Part shown: piece by piece, positions 17,986-30,200 of the stretch | How positions within the stretch are numbered: the first letter of the stretch is position 1 | Layout of the letters: the number at the start of each line of letters is the position of its first letter | Source: Macrostomum lignano | Lineage: Eukaryota | Reading direction: 5' to 3' | NCBI GenBank assembly: GCA_002269645.1 | Contig: NIVC01001697.1 | Location: 124,001-188,000 of the forward strand | DNA length: 64,000 nt | Notes under the pieces: generated by a model | What the model was told of the DNA's origin: nothing | Seen by the model: only the letters and a program-made list of their open reading frames with translations | Database searches by the model: none | Program-made: the position numbers and the translations under genes

Positions 17986-20900
17986 TCACACTGATACCGT
18001 GCGTCCGTTGAACTCGTCCCACTCTTCTCGCTCCTCGGCGGTTGATGCTGATGAGCACACGCTCGACCGAGCTGCTGCTCCATCCGCAGGCGGAGCCTCA
18101 CTGATATGGTTGGCTTCCACCAGTTCTCCGTTGCGGTAAACCCGACAGCTGAACTTCGAGATCCTGGGCGAGTTCGTTGCAGCTGCATCTGCGCCAGCTT
18201 CGTCGGTGTCTGAACGCGAACGGACGCTGGACGCGCAGCTGTTTCCCCGTTCGACGTGGCAGGCAAAATTCGCCATCACGGGTGGCGTAGCGGCCCCGCC
18301 GCGCTGCTCCGAAGGATGCTTAGCATGCTTCCTGTTAGTTGGTGGCTGATTCGAGTCCCGAAGTAGATCTGGTCGAAGCTCGTCTGCGGACGATTCCGAC
18401 ACCTCGCTAGACGGAGATGAGTTTTCAGGACGATCCGAGTTCAGCGAGTTGTCGATTCGCTGCAGTTGCTTTGCTTTCAACGCCTGTTCGCGATGTTCTG
18501 CTGAATGAGGAGACATTGCAGTGTACTCGTGTTTGACGGGTTCAGTAGTGAGCTCTTCCTCATGGGACTGAGTCTGTCCACCAGTTTCTGGCGAGCTTTC
18601 ACTTTGCTTGTGAAACATCGCTCCCAATGCATCGGTTCGATTCTCGTGAGCTGGTTCAAGCTCCAATGAAAGCGCACTGAGCTCATCTTGGGTATCTGCA
18701 CTCCCAGAAGGCGGATTAAGTCCTTGCTCTACGCCACCGACATGATGTGCGACAGGTGCCAAGTCCTCATCTTTTGTCTCAGATGGAGGTCTCAGGTCCG
18801 ATGACAAGCCGCTTGCCTGGTGTGTGACAGGTGCCAAGTCCTCATCTCGCGTCTCAGATGGAGGTCTCAGGTCCGATGACAAGCCGCTTGCCTGGTGTGT
18901 AACAGGTGCCAAGTCCTCATCTCGCGTCTCAGATGGAGGTCTCAGGTCCGATGACATGCCGCTCGTCTGGTGTGTAACAGGTGCCAAGTCCTCATCTTTT
19001 GTCTCAGATGGAGGTCTCAGGTCCGATGACAAGCCGCTTGCCTGGTGTGTGACAGGTGCCAAGTCCTCATCTCGCGTCTCAGATGGAGGTCTCAGGTCCG
19101 ATGACATGCCGCTCGTCTGGTGTGTAACAGGTGCCAAGTCCTCATCTTTTGTCTCAGATGTAGGTCTCAGGTCCGATGACAAGCCGCTTGCCTGGTGTGT
19201 GACAGGTGCCAAGTCCTCATCTTTTGTCTCAGATGTAGGTCTTAGGTCCGATGACAAGCCGCTTGCCTGGTGTGTGACAGGTGCCAAGTCCTCATCTTTT
19301 GTCTCAGATGGAAGTCTCAGGTCCGATGACATGTCACTCGTCTGGTGTGTGACAGGTGCCAAGTCCTCATCTTTTGTCTCAGATGGAGGTCTCAGGTCCG
19401 ATGACAAGCCGCTTGCCTGGTGTGTGACAGGTGCCAAGTCCTCATCTCGCGTCTCAGATGGAAGTCTCAGGTCCGATGACATGCCGCTCGTCTGGTGTGT
19501 AACAGGTGCCAAGTCCTCATCTTTTGTCTCAGATGGAGGTCTCAGGTCCGATGACAAGCCGCTTGCCTGGTGTGTGACAGGTGCCAAGTCCTCATCTCGC
19601 GTCTCAGATGGAGGTCTCAGGTCCGATGACATGCCGCTTGCCTGGTGTGTGACAGGTGCCAAGTCCTCATCTCGCGTCTCAGATGGAGGTCTCAGGTCCG
19701 ATGACATGCCGCTCGTCTGGTGTGTGACAGGTGCCAAGTCCTCATCTTTTGTCTCAGATGTAGGTCTCAGGTCCGATGACAAGCCGCTTGCCTGGTGTGT
19801 GACAGGTGCCAAGTCCTCATCTCGCGTCTCAGATGGAGGTCTTAGGTCCGATGACATGCCGCTTGCCTGGTGTGTGACAGGTGCCAAGTCCTCATCTCGC
19901 GTCTCAGATGGAGGTCTCAGGTCCGATGACATGCCGCTCGTCTGGTGTGTGACAGGTGCCAAGTCCTCATCTTTTGTCTCAGATGTAGGTCTCAGGTCCG
20001 ATGACAAGCCGCTCGTCTGGTGTGTGACAGGTGCCAAGTCCTCATCTCGCGTCTCAGATGGACTTCTCAGGTCCGATGACATGCCGCTCGTCTGGTGTGT
20101 GACAGGTGCCAAGTCCTCATCTTTTGTCTCAGATGGAAGTCTCAGGTCCGATGACATGTCACTCGTCTGGTGTGTGACAGGTGCCAAGTCCTCATCTTTT
20201 GTCTCAGATGGAGGTCTCAGGTCCGATGACAAGCCGCTTGCCTGGTGTGTGACAGGTGCCAAGTCCTCATCTCGCGTCTCAGATGGAGGTCTCAGGTCCG
20301 ATGACAAGCCGCTTGCCTGGTGTGTGACAGGTGCCAAGTCCTCATCTCGCGTCTCAGATGGAGGTCTCAGGTCCGATGACATGCCGCTCGTCTGGTGTGT
20401 AACAGGTGCCAAGTCCTCATCTTTTGTCTCAGATGGAGGTCTCAGGTCCGATGACAAGCCGCTTGCCTGGTGTGTGACAGGTGCCAAGTCCTCATCTCGC
20501 GTCTCAGATGGAGGTCTCAGGTCCGATGACATGCCGCTCGTCTGGTGTGTAACAGGTGCCAAGTCCTCATCTTTTGTCTCAGATGTAGGTCTCAGGTCCG
20601 ATGACAAGCCGCTTGCCTGGTGTGTGACAGGTGCCAAGTCCTCATCTTTTGTCTCAGATGTAGGTCTTAGGTCCGATGACAAGCCGCTTGCCTGGTGTGT
20701 GACAGGTGCCAAGTCCTCATCTTTTGTCTCAGATGGAAGTCTCAGGTCCGATGACATGTCACTCGTCTGGTGTGTGACAGGTGCCAAGTTCTCATCTTTT
20801 GTCTCAGATGGAGGTCTCAGGTCCGATGACAAGCCGCTTGCCTGGTGTGTGACAGGTGCCAAGTCCTCATCTCGCGTCTCAGATGGAGGTCTTAGGTCCG

Positions 20901-23900
20901 ATGACATGCCGCTCGTCTGGTGTGTAACAGGTGCCAAGTCCTCATCTTTTGTCTCAGATGGAAGTCTCAGGTTCGATGACATGTCACTCGTCTGGTGTGT
21001 GACAGGTGCCAAGTCCTCATCTTTTGTCTCAGATGTAGGTCTCAGGTCCGATGACAAGCCGCTTGCCTGGTGTGTGACAGGTGCCAAGTCCTCATCTCGC
21101 GTCTCAGATGGAGGTCTCAGGTCCGATGACATGCCGCTCGTCTGGTGTGTAACAGGTGCCAAGTCCTCATCTTTTGTCTCAGATGGAAGTCTCAGGTCCG
21201 ATGACAAGCCGCTTGCCTGGTGTGTGACAGGTGCCAAGTCCTCATCTTTTGTCTCAGATGTAGGTCTCAGGTCCGATGACATGTCACTCGTCTGGTGTGT
21301 GACAGGTGCCAAGTCCTCATCTTTTGTCTCAGATGGAAGTCTCAGGTCCGATGACATGTCACTCGTCTGGTGTGTGACAGGTGCCAAGTCCTCATCTTTT
21401 GTCTCAGATGGAGGTCTCAGGTCCGATGACAAGCCGCTTGCCTGGTGTGTGACAGGTGCCAAGTCCTCATCTCGCGTCTCAGATGGAGGTCTCAGGTCCG
21501 ATGACAAGCCGCTTGCCTGGTGTGTGACAGGTGCCAAGTCCTCATCTCGCGTCTCAGATGGAGGTCTCAGGTCCGATGACATGCCGCTCGTCTGGTGTGT
21601 AACAGGTGCCAAGTCCTCATCTTTTGTCTCAGATGTAGGTCTCAGGTCCGATGACAAGCCGCTTGCCTGGTGTGTGACAGGTGCCAAGTCCTCATCTTTT
21701 GTCTCAGATGATGTAGGTCTCAGGTCCGATGACATGCCGCTCGTCTGGTGTGTAACAGGTGCCAAGTCCTCATCTTTTGTCTCAGATGTAGGTCTCAGGT
21801 CCGATGACATGCCGCTCGTCTGGTGTGTGACATGTGCCAAGTCCTCATCTCGGATCTCAGGTGGTGGACCCAGCTCTGATGATATGCCACTCGTCTGCTG
21901 TGCTACAGGTTCTAGCATATCTTCGGTTACTTCATTTGGTTCCTCATTCTTGTCTTTTTCTATAATTTGCTGATAGCCCATAGCAGCTAGCGATTCGGTA
22001 TGGGTCCGTTCAGCGGTTGGTGGGTCCAGTTCCACTGACAACGCGATGTCCTGGTGCTCAGCTTCTTCCAGCTCATTCTTACTGGTCTTAAATGGTGGTT
22101 CAAGCCTCCACTGCGGTTTCTTGGCCGGAATCAACTTCTCGGTTTCTGCTTTAGCATGAGGTTCAAACTCCGATGATAGATGCTCTCTAGGTGTCACTTC
22201 GTCATCGCGGATGTCAGGTGGTGGTTCAAGCTCCAGTGACAGCGCACTGCTCTGATGTGCCACAGGTGTCGGTTTATCTTCGTTGTCTTTTATTTTGCTC
22301 TGCTGATCTGCCCTGCTAAGCACTTCCAACGGCTTTTCATTGAATCCCGCAGCTGGGGCGTTCAGTTCCACTGACAGTAAGCTGTCTTGTACATGTAGCT
22401 CAGCCTCACTTTTCTCAGCAGGTGGCTCAAGCTCAGATATCGGCGCGCCTTTCTTATCAGGTGCCGAATCTTTATCAGGGATTTCAGCAGGCCCTTCAAG
22501 ATTCAATGACATGCCACTTGGCTGATATGCGGCAGGTGCAAACTGGTCTTCATTGGCTTCAGCTGGTTCCTCATCCATGTAGCTAAGCGCTGCCAAGGAC
22601 TCTTTATGGTCCTCTTCAGGTGGGGCGTTCAGTTCCACTGACAGCACGCTGTCCTGGTGCTCGGTTGTGTCCGCATCCTTTTCGTGCGGCTCAGTTTGAG
22701 AGTGAAGTTCACCTGGCACTTCTCTGTGCTGAAGCTTGACAGCTTTCAACTCCTGCTGACGATACTCGCTAACCAGGGCAGGGCTTTCCTGCCCTGACAC
22801 TGCCTCCGCTGGCAGCTGATTGCTTTGTACCTCGTCGATCTCACCTGTCTGTTGTTCTTGTCTTCTGACAGCTTTCAAGAGAGCTTCATCAACTAGAGTA
22901 TCTGCTAGTAGACAAATAGCCCGCAAGTCTTCTTTGGGTATATCCGTTGAGTGCTTGAGGCCTCCTGGTGCTCTGACGGTGGCGTTGCCTGCGCCAAGAG
23001 GCACTCATCTTCAGAATCGGGGCGCTTGTGGTCGCGTCGTTTTGCCAGCACATCGTCGAGAATCTCAGACGAAGCTCCGTTGCCATCGCTATTGAAGTCT
23101 GGCAGCTCGATTGACAAGCTCGCGAACTGAGCGCCTTCTCGATTGCCGTCGGTCTCTGGGCGATCAGCAGCCAAGCTGTCACTGTAGTACCTGGGATGCA
23201 CCGCAGTGGACAAATAGGACTCTACGGCCATCAGCTGGTGCTCTTGATCGCCTAGAGTCCATCGTTCTTCTTCGATATCACTGCTTGTATTTTCCTTTGT
23301 TGCACCGGACAGATCGACGGACTCTGGCGTGGCGGCTCGCTCGGCGCGGCACACGAACGGTGAGATCGTCGGAGCGGTGCGGCGGCTTCTGCGCAGCGGC
23401 GGCAGCAACTGCGGAGCCGGCTGTCGACTGTCTGGAGACTGCTGAAGCTTGCTGACGTTGTCCTTTTTGGAATCTTGAAGCTCAGGTTCTCGAGGCGATG
23501 CAAGCTGTTCGATGGACAGCGAGCTGTCATTGGCTTTGGGGGTTTCATTGAGCTCAGCCAGTTTGACTGGCTGCAGCAGCTGCTGATGCTGCTGGCTAGG
23601 GTCGCCAGGCTCGTCAGTCAGGGGCGGCGGTGACAGCAGGTCGCTGCTCAGTGACGCATCGCACCGCTCCGCATGGCTCAGAATCAGCGACTCGTCCAAA
23701 GACTGCACTTGGGGATGAAATTCATCGCCTGATTGACCAGCGAGCGTTGAGTAATTCTCAGCAGGTGGCTTCACGCCCGAAGGTTCCGCCCGAGTCAGGG
23801 TCGCTTTGCACAGCTGATCCGCACCGCTGTTACAGTCTCCCGTCGGAGGGGCGGCCATCGGCACCAGAGTGTCTGCCGCCACGGCTGGCTGCGAGTCGCC

Positions 23901-24139
23901 GACGTCGTCACCATCGACACCTTCGATGTTGACTTTCACTTTCAACAGCAGCTGCTGGTTGGCAGCGGCCAGGAAGTCTTTGTCGTTGAGCCCCACTGAC
24001 ATCTGGAGCGTCAGCTGCGACTCGGCTGAGCAATCTGCGGCCTGAGTCTGGAGAGGGTGCTCAACTCGAGGCAGGGACAGTCGGCACCGCCAGAGGCTCT
24101 GTTCGCCCCAGGCATCCGGCTGGCTGCTGAATGGCTCGC
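17986..24139 (-). CDS. Giant (~6.1 kb) exon encoding a ~2,000-aa acidic, Ser/Pro-rich disordered region with ~41 x 25-aa repeats; one -1 frame break near 22905-23004
   Basis: ORFs 22905-24002 and 17986-23004 overlap and have similar composition. The frame stays open upstream to a TTTCCAG acceptor at 24140-24141. The repeat array keeps frame, and its only visible indel is 3 nt. Confidence 0.75.
18765..21850 (-). repeat. Coding 75-bp tandem repeat (DEDLAPVTHQ[TA]SG[ML]SSDLR[PL][PT]SET[KR])n
   Basis: Period 75 read directly. Confidence 0.97.
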
Positions 24140-24751
24140 CTGGAAATTGCAGTTTCAGTTTTTACCGATATCTGACTGCTTTGAACACGTTCGCTTGATG
24201 TTTCTAGCACATTCGAAGCTTTTGCACGATTCAAGCTCACAAGAGCCAATACCCAGGGCGCAGAGAGTGTACACTGTCTGACGACGAGAAAATCTGGGCT
24301 GCTGTACACCCTGTGTGAGTGTGTGCGTGCTCAGAGGTCAGCGTAATGCCACGCGCCCTCGGATACCTCAGCGGCCCTCCCAAGCATGATTTACAGCACA
24401 AGACCAGGGTCAAATCCCTGTGGCCGCCCAGAATCAAAACCTTGGTACTTAACCGATAAATCAATATTCGCAGGAGAGCTCCTCTGGCGCAACGTCTTTG
24501 TTGACGTCGTCTGACAACTCACCAATCGTCGTCTGACGGAAATTCTGCCCATTTCTCTGTACGCGGGCACGCACTCGTGCACACGCTCCTACTGTGTGTA
24601 CAACAGCCCTGACTTTCTAACCGTTATAACCGTCAGGCATGTACACTCTCTGAGCCTTGCGGTTGGCCCTCGAGGGTTTGAATCGCACGACAATTCCCTC
24701 CCAGCCTCGATCGCTAGTCACAAAAGTGGCGAGCAAAGAGCTGACACTTAC

Positions 24752-27402
24752 TGAACAACTTATAGTACAGACTGGCGTCTTCGTCTCTGCATTCGATCTC
24801 TCTGAAGTCGGCCGCTCCGCTCAGCAGAAGTCTAGTGAAGTTCTTGAAAGTGTGGCGATGCAGGAACCTGGCTAATTGGCTCTCATTGACGCTGGCGTCG
24901 CTTCGGATACAGATCTGCATGCGAGAGTGGAGCGAATGCTGTGTTTGAGTCCTTTCTCTGACGGGGTCATGACAGGGGTTGTTAGACAAGCGAGGGCTTA
25001 ATCACCTGTTAGACCCCTTAGTTATGTTTTACAAGACACAAGTGGGTTATCATCTTTTGGAAATAAGTGCGGTTCGTCACCTATCACCCTGTAGATAAGG
25101 GTGAGATTAGTGTCCTGCTAGACATGGATTGTTAACCTGTTAAAAAGGTTTTAGTCACCCGTTAGACCAGGGTTAATCGCTTATTAAACTATTGTAGTAC
25201 CCAGTACATTGGTGTTGTAGATAAAAAACTGTTAGACAAGGATGTTACTAGTTACACAGCGACGCTTGACCCTTTTTCTGGGGGGGGGGCGTATCCCAGC
25301 GGTCTAGCCCGGCGCTCTGATGTGCCAGCGGCCCAGGCTCGATTCCAAGTGCAGTCGCATTAATTTAGGGCTAAATTGGAATCTCAGCTTGGCTCTGCTC
25401 GTGCAATTAACGCCCTTTGAGGGCCAACCCGCATGCCACAGTGAAGTGTACATGCCTAACGATACCTAAAGTCAGGGCTGTTGTACACTCCTGAGTGTGT
25501 GCCTGTGCGTATGACTGCGTACGTGTCCGCGCGCTTGTGTGCCTGCTCAGGGGAGTCGGCGGAATGGGCAGTAATGCCTCTCGCCGGTTGTGTGACAATG
25601 TCGCTTAAAGTGCACCAGGGTGCACACAGCTCCCTGCCTCTAATAAATAATAAAGAAGTACATTTCCTGATCGCACCAGGAAGATCTAATATCGGCTCAC
25701 TTCGTAGCAGGTTTCTCCGATGCCGAACCGCAGCGAGAAGCCGCACTGCGACACCTCCTGCACCTGCTGAAGCGAGTGGCCAACACTCTCAACTCCGTGC
25801 GCGCGCCGACCGATTCCCACCCAGCTGCCCCGCTCCATCGCCAGCAGACGGCCGCCGGGGCCTCGATGGGCGGCTTCGAAAACTGCGGCTGGGTTGGTGA
25901 CGTCATCAAGCGCGTCAGTCAGCTCTACTCAAAGGCTTCCGGTATCCTGTGTGGACAGCAGAGTTGCTGACACGCTGGAATGGGGCAAAGTTCTATCTTT
26001 GCAACGAATCTGTAATAAGGTTTACCTTAGATACGGGACCTAATCCCTGCACCATAGCAACGAATGGTTTACCTTAGATACGGGACCTAATCCCTGCACC
26101 ATAGCAACGAATGGTTTGCCTTAGATACGGGACCTAATCCCTGCACCATAGCAACGAATGGTTTACCTTAGATACGGGACCTAATCCCTGCACCATAGCA
26201 ACGAATGGTTTACCTTAGATACGGGAACTAATTGTTGTGTATTGCAAAGGCATGCAATGCGTAGGGATAGTTCGGGGACAGGGTTTCTAGAAACTTCCAC
26301 AGCAGGACTTCTTTACGCATAGTTCCAGAAGTTTCTTCTCCCGGTCTTTCTAGAACTTTCCTTCCCCGCTTGCATAATATACGAGCCGCCCTCCTATTGG
26401 CCAAGCCTCTTTTGGTGCCACTGGGCGCCCGGATAATTATCTATCTTGTTTCTGCGTTCGTTAATTCAACAACAGAACACTAATCCCTGCACCATAGCAA
26501 CGGGTGGTTTACTTTAGATACGGGAACTAATCCCTACACCATAGCAACGGATGGTTTACCTTAGATACGGGAACTAATCCCTACACCATAGCAACGGATG
26601 GTTTACCTTAGATACGGGAACTAATCCCTACACCATAGCAACGGATGGTTTACCTTAGATACGGGAACTAATCCCTACACCATAGCAACGGATGGTTCAC
26701 ATAGTACTACAAGTACATATAAGCGTATTACAAAACAAAAAAGCTTTATTTTATGTACTTTAAACCTCAGGGATCTTACCGAGAACCCAGCAGACTGCCG
26801 TGCACAATAACATCGCTGCCGGGTCTCAGTGGTCTCGGCAAAGCGATCAGCAGTTTTGTTTCCTGTTGTAAAATAATTTTTTGTAGTGGAAAGAGATTCA
26901 GGAATTTCCAGGTGCATGCACTAATTGTTGCCTAATTGGTCTTATAAGGCGGTAGATTCAGTGACCAAAATCTCCAACCTAAACCCGATATACCGCGTAG
27001 GTAGAAGGAATCAGTGAACGTTGCTACATTGATATGCGTTTTGCGTCGGGGACAAAGGATTTAAAAATGAATCATCGTAAAAATTTACAAATGTACATTT
27101 ACATGTAGCTATAATAGCCATAGAAAACTTGGGTCTAAAAAGAGAGCAGTTTCTGCCGACTTTCTTTGGCGCCATGCAGGGGCTTTAGCACCAAGGGGCT
27201 TTAGCACCAAGGGGTTTTAGCACCAAGGGGCTTTAGCACCAAGGGGCTTTAGCACCAAGGGGCTTTAGCACCAAGGGGCTTTAGCACTAAGGGCGCCAAG
27301 GGCCTGACGAGACAATAGAAAGCCAGTCTTGTAGTGGTTAAAACTCGATCAACTCACCGCTCCACCAGCAGCTCTGCGAGCTGACTGCTCCAACTCGAGC
27401 AT
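24752..27402 (-). CDS. Divergent galectin-like domain gene; exons 27402-27358, 26862-26780, 25946-25701 (one base short near 25927), 24914-24752; 3' continuation uncertain
   Basis: Spliced product: ALPRPLRPGSDVIVHGSL..PEAFEVEL..GSWV..FSLRFGIGETCYE..SVNESQLARFLHRHTFKNFTRLLLSG. This follows the galectin pattern (LxPGxxIxIxG; FxIxL; W; FxLxI; VxVNG..FxHR..IxxLxIxG). Splice phases are compatible (0,2,0,1). The first exon is the weakest part. Confidence 0.62.
26020..26695. repeat. 47-bp minisatellite (GTTTACCTTAGATACGGGA[C/A]CTAATCCCT[G/A]CACCATAGCAACG[A/G]ATG)n interrupted by a solo LTR
   Basis: ATAGCAA recurs at 26054 and 26101 (period 47). Confidence 0.95.
26233..26479. mobile_element. Solo LTR (247 bp), TGTT...AACA ends, 5-bp TSD CTAAT (BEL/Pao- or Gypsy-like)
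   Basis: CTAAT at 26228-26232 and 26480-26484 flank a unique insert. Removing it restores one intact 47-bp unit. Confidence 0.8.
27179..27292. repeat. 16-bp minisatellite (GGGGCTTTAGCACCAA)n, ~7 copies
   Basis: Read directly. Confidence 0.93.
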
Positions 27403-28169
27403 GATTTATAATCTATCCGTGTGTATAATTCCTTAGCTGGTTGCCACCCAAGATTGGGTGAATTTGTATGCTGCAGCAACTTTTAACTTGTGGCAAGCAG
27501 TGCAAGCATTTGGCAACAGGCTGAGCTGTATAAATACCTGCATATATAGCCAAAAGTCATTAAGCAAATATTGCAAGTAATTTGTGTGTTAGAAAAATTC
27601 GCAAAAAGGCACAGACCAAAGCTGAGCACTGACCGCCAGTACTGTACAGACTCGATGCAACTTCGCAATAACAAAGTTTACCATTAGCCATTAGCCCTGT
27701 AGCCACATGTAGGTCCGATTTCGATGCTCACGCGATTCGAGCACACAATACCAACTCAAAACGCGGTCTTATCGACAAAAACTCGACCTGAGTTTCTGCC
27801 TCTCCTGCAGCACTGCAGCGATAAGGTGCGCGAGCAAATTTAGATAGAAATTGTGTTTAATTTTTACCTGCCTTAAGCTGTATACGGCATGTCTTTCTGT
27901 GGATGTCTCGCTTCAACAAAGTTTTCTAAAGACGCCTTAAAACTCGATTTTGTCAGGCTTATTTCGATAAAGATAAAACAAAAAGCTATTAGCCGCAAAT
28001 TGCTAACAATTAGCTAAAGGCATCAATTGCGTTAATCCGTTTTAAAGTTAACTTTTTAAACTGGAGTTGGCCAACTTCTGCCCGCGAAACCTCTCTAAAC
28101 CGGCTCTCGGGTGGAGCAGACAGTTCACAGTGGAGATGCAGCCTGCTCAATGTTTGTGTCTTCTCAGCT

Positions 28170-28925
28170 GTCTTTCTCTTTCCTCTCTCCCCTCCCTTCT
28201 CTCCTTTCATCTCCTCTCCTCACCTCTCTTCTCTCCTATCCTTTTCCTCACCTCTCCTGTCCTCTCCCCACCTCCCCTCTCTTCTCCCCTCACCTCTCCT
28301 CTCCCCATCTCTCTTCTCCTCTCCTCTCCTCTCCTCACCTCTCCTCTCTTCACCTCTCTTCTCCTCCCTTCACTTCCCCTCCCCTCTCCTCTCCTCACCT
28401 ATCTTCTCCTCCCTTCAACTCTCCTCTCCTTTCCTCTCCTCTCCTCTTCTCTCCTCTCCTCTCCTCTCTTCACCCTCTCCTCTTCTCTCCTCTTCTCTCT
28501 TCACCTCTCTTCTCCTTACCTCTCCTGTCCTCTCCCCACCTCCCCTCTCTTCTCCACTCACCTCGTCTCTCCCCATCTCTCTTCTCCTCTCCTTTCCTCT
28601 TCTCCCCTCTTCTCTCCTCACCTCTCCTCTCTTCACCTCTCTTCTCCTCCCCTCACCTCTCTTCTCTCCTCTCCTCTCCTCACCTCTCTTCTTCTCTCCT
28701 CTTCTCTCTTCACCTCTCTTCACCTCTCGTCTCCTCTTTTCTCCTCTTCTCTCCTCTCCTCTCTTCACCTCTCCTCTCCTCTCCTCTTCTCTCCTCTACT
28801 CTCAGCCTCTTCTCTCCTCTCCTCTCCCCACCTCTCTTCTCACCTCCTCACCTCTCTTCTCTTCTCCTTCTCTTCACCTCCCCTCTCCTCTCCTCTCCTC
28901 TCCTCTCCTCTCCTCTCCTCTCTCT
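28170..28925. repeat. Degenerate polypyrimidine (CTCTC/CTCCT/CACCT)n array, unit 1
   Basis: Read directly. Confidence 0.95.
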
Positions 28926-29819
28926 TGTACCCTGTACCGTTCTCTCCTTTATTCTCTCTCATTGCCTCTCTCACATTCTCTCTAATGTCCTTTCTTCTCT
29001 ATTTCCTCTTCTCTCTGTCTTTTTCTCTTTCTCTCTGGCTATTGAGCTAAAAAAGATTGACCGACTCCGCAAAAAAGTAAATTTTTTAATTTTTATGGTT
29101 GCAAACGTATTTTAGATTAAAAAACCACTGCTTGACTCATTCTATTTATTACTATATTACACATACTATAAACTAAAAGTGCAAGCAGATCGAATCAGCT
29201 GGATGCAGCTCAGGCTCCGAGCAGCCATCCAGACTGCAGATTTTCTCAGGCAGTTAAAAAGAGTTTGTTAAAGCCGGTTTTAACTGGAAGCAAGCGTGAG
29301 CCAACCATGCAGTCCTGGCTATGCGATGATGTCGTTAATAATTTAAACGGCAAATGAAACAGCGAGAGAGTTGGGGGGGGGGGACAACGGCATGAAAGGC
29401 TGCAGACGGAGTCTGATTCTCTTCTAACTAAATACAGTAGAAGAGCTACCAGGAGCCATAGCTTGCCCTAGTGTGGGTCCAAGCCTGGGGTATAATGGCT
29501 ATTTTTTTATAACAAAAATTGGATTTATTCAACTTCTCAGCTTGGAAACGTTTGGCATTTCTAGCACAAATTTTTATTCACAATACACATAGTTCTAATA
29601 ATTGACTATTTTCGATCGAATAAAATGCTAGAAAATCTTACTGTAAAAGATGAAGCCTACAGCTGGTTTGGTAGGGTTGTGGCAGACCACAAATCCTATA
29701 GAAACACTATAAGGATTGGACAAAAATTCTATGTAATAATATAATAATTGATCACATCTGCCTAGGGCAGATTTGCAACCTACAGTTCAGCCGGCGCGGC
29801 GCATCTGAAGGCTGCGTAC

Positions 29820-30030
29820 GGCTGTTCAGTCCAAGGACTGGGGGGTCGCCACGCACACCCTTAATTACCCCAGCTAATGCTGTCACCCATTTTACAGCTG
29901 GGTGAACTGAAGCAATGCAGAGTTACGTGTCTTGCTCAAGGACGCAAATTGTTCCAGTGGGATCGGGAATCGAACCCCCGACCTTCAAGTCATGAGTCCG
30001 ACGCTCTAACCACTGGGCTACAACAACCCC
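29820..30030 (-). mobile_element. tRNA-derived CORE-type SINE, unit 1
   Basis: Minus strand has an A box (TAGCCCAGTGG) and B box (GGTTCGATTCC), then CCTTGAGCAAGACACGTAAC...TCAGTTCACCCAGCTGTAAAATGGG, resembling the MIR CORE consensus. Confidence 0.8.
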
Positions 30031-30200
30031 TCTATGTATTACCTGTAAACCTGTACCTGTGACTTTAAAACGATAAGCAGCAAAAACACAAAACTTCATA
30101 CTCTTCTTCTTTGGCATCTTTCCACTCAAGGAATGAACCCTTAGCCTACACACACGCACTTCTGCCCACGCCACACGAGCCCTGCACCTCCTCCGTGAAA

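Noticed and set aside
18824-21973. 1,049-aa plus-strand ORF with a WCVTG motif every 25 aa
   Set aside because: Antisense shadow of the coding repeat: it is confined to the array, whereas the minus frame extends into unique sequence on both sides
24253-24552. Alternative gene start MGRISVRRRL spliced to GVQQPRFSRRQTVYTLCALG and then the giant exon
   Set aside because: Phase-compatible, but it leaves the upstream galectin-like exons without a 3' end. Kept only as an unresolved alternative.
29950-30030. Apparent tRNA-Met(CAT) gene (also at ~39390 and ~47545)
   Set aside because: No closing acceptor stem; it runs into a CORE domain, and the anticodon-like triplet differs in unit 3 (CAC). It is a SINE head.
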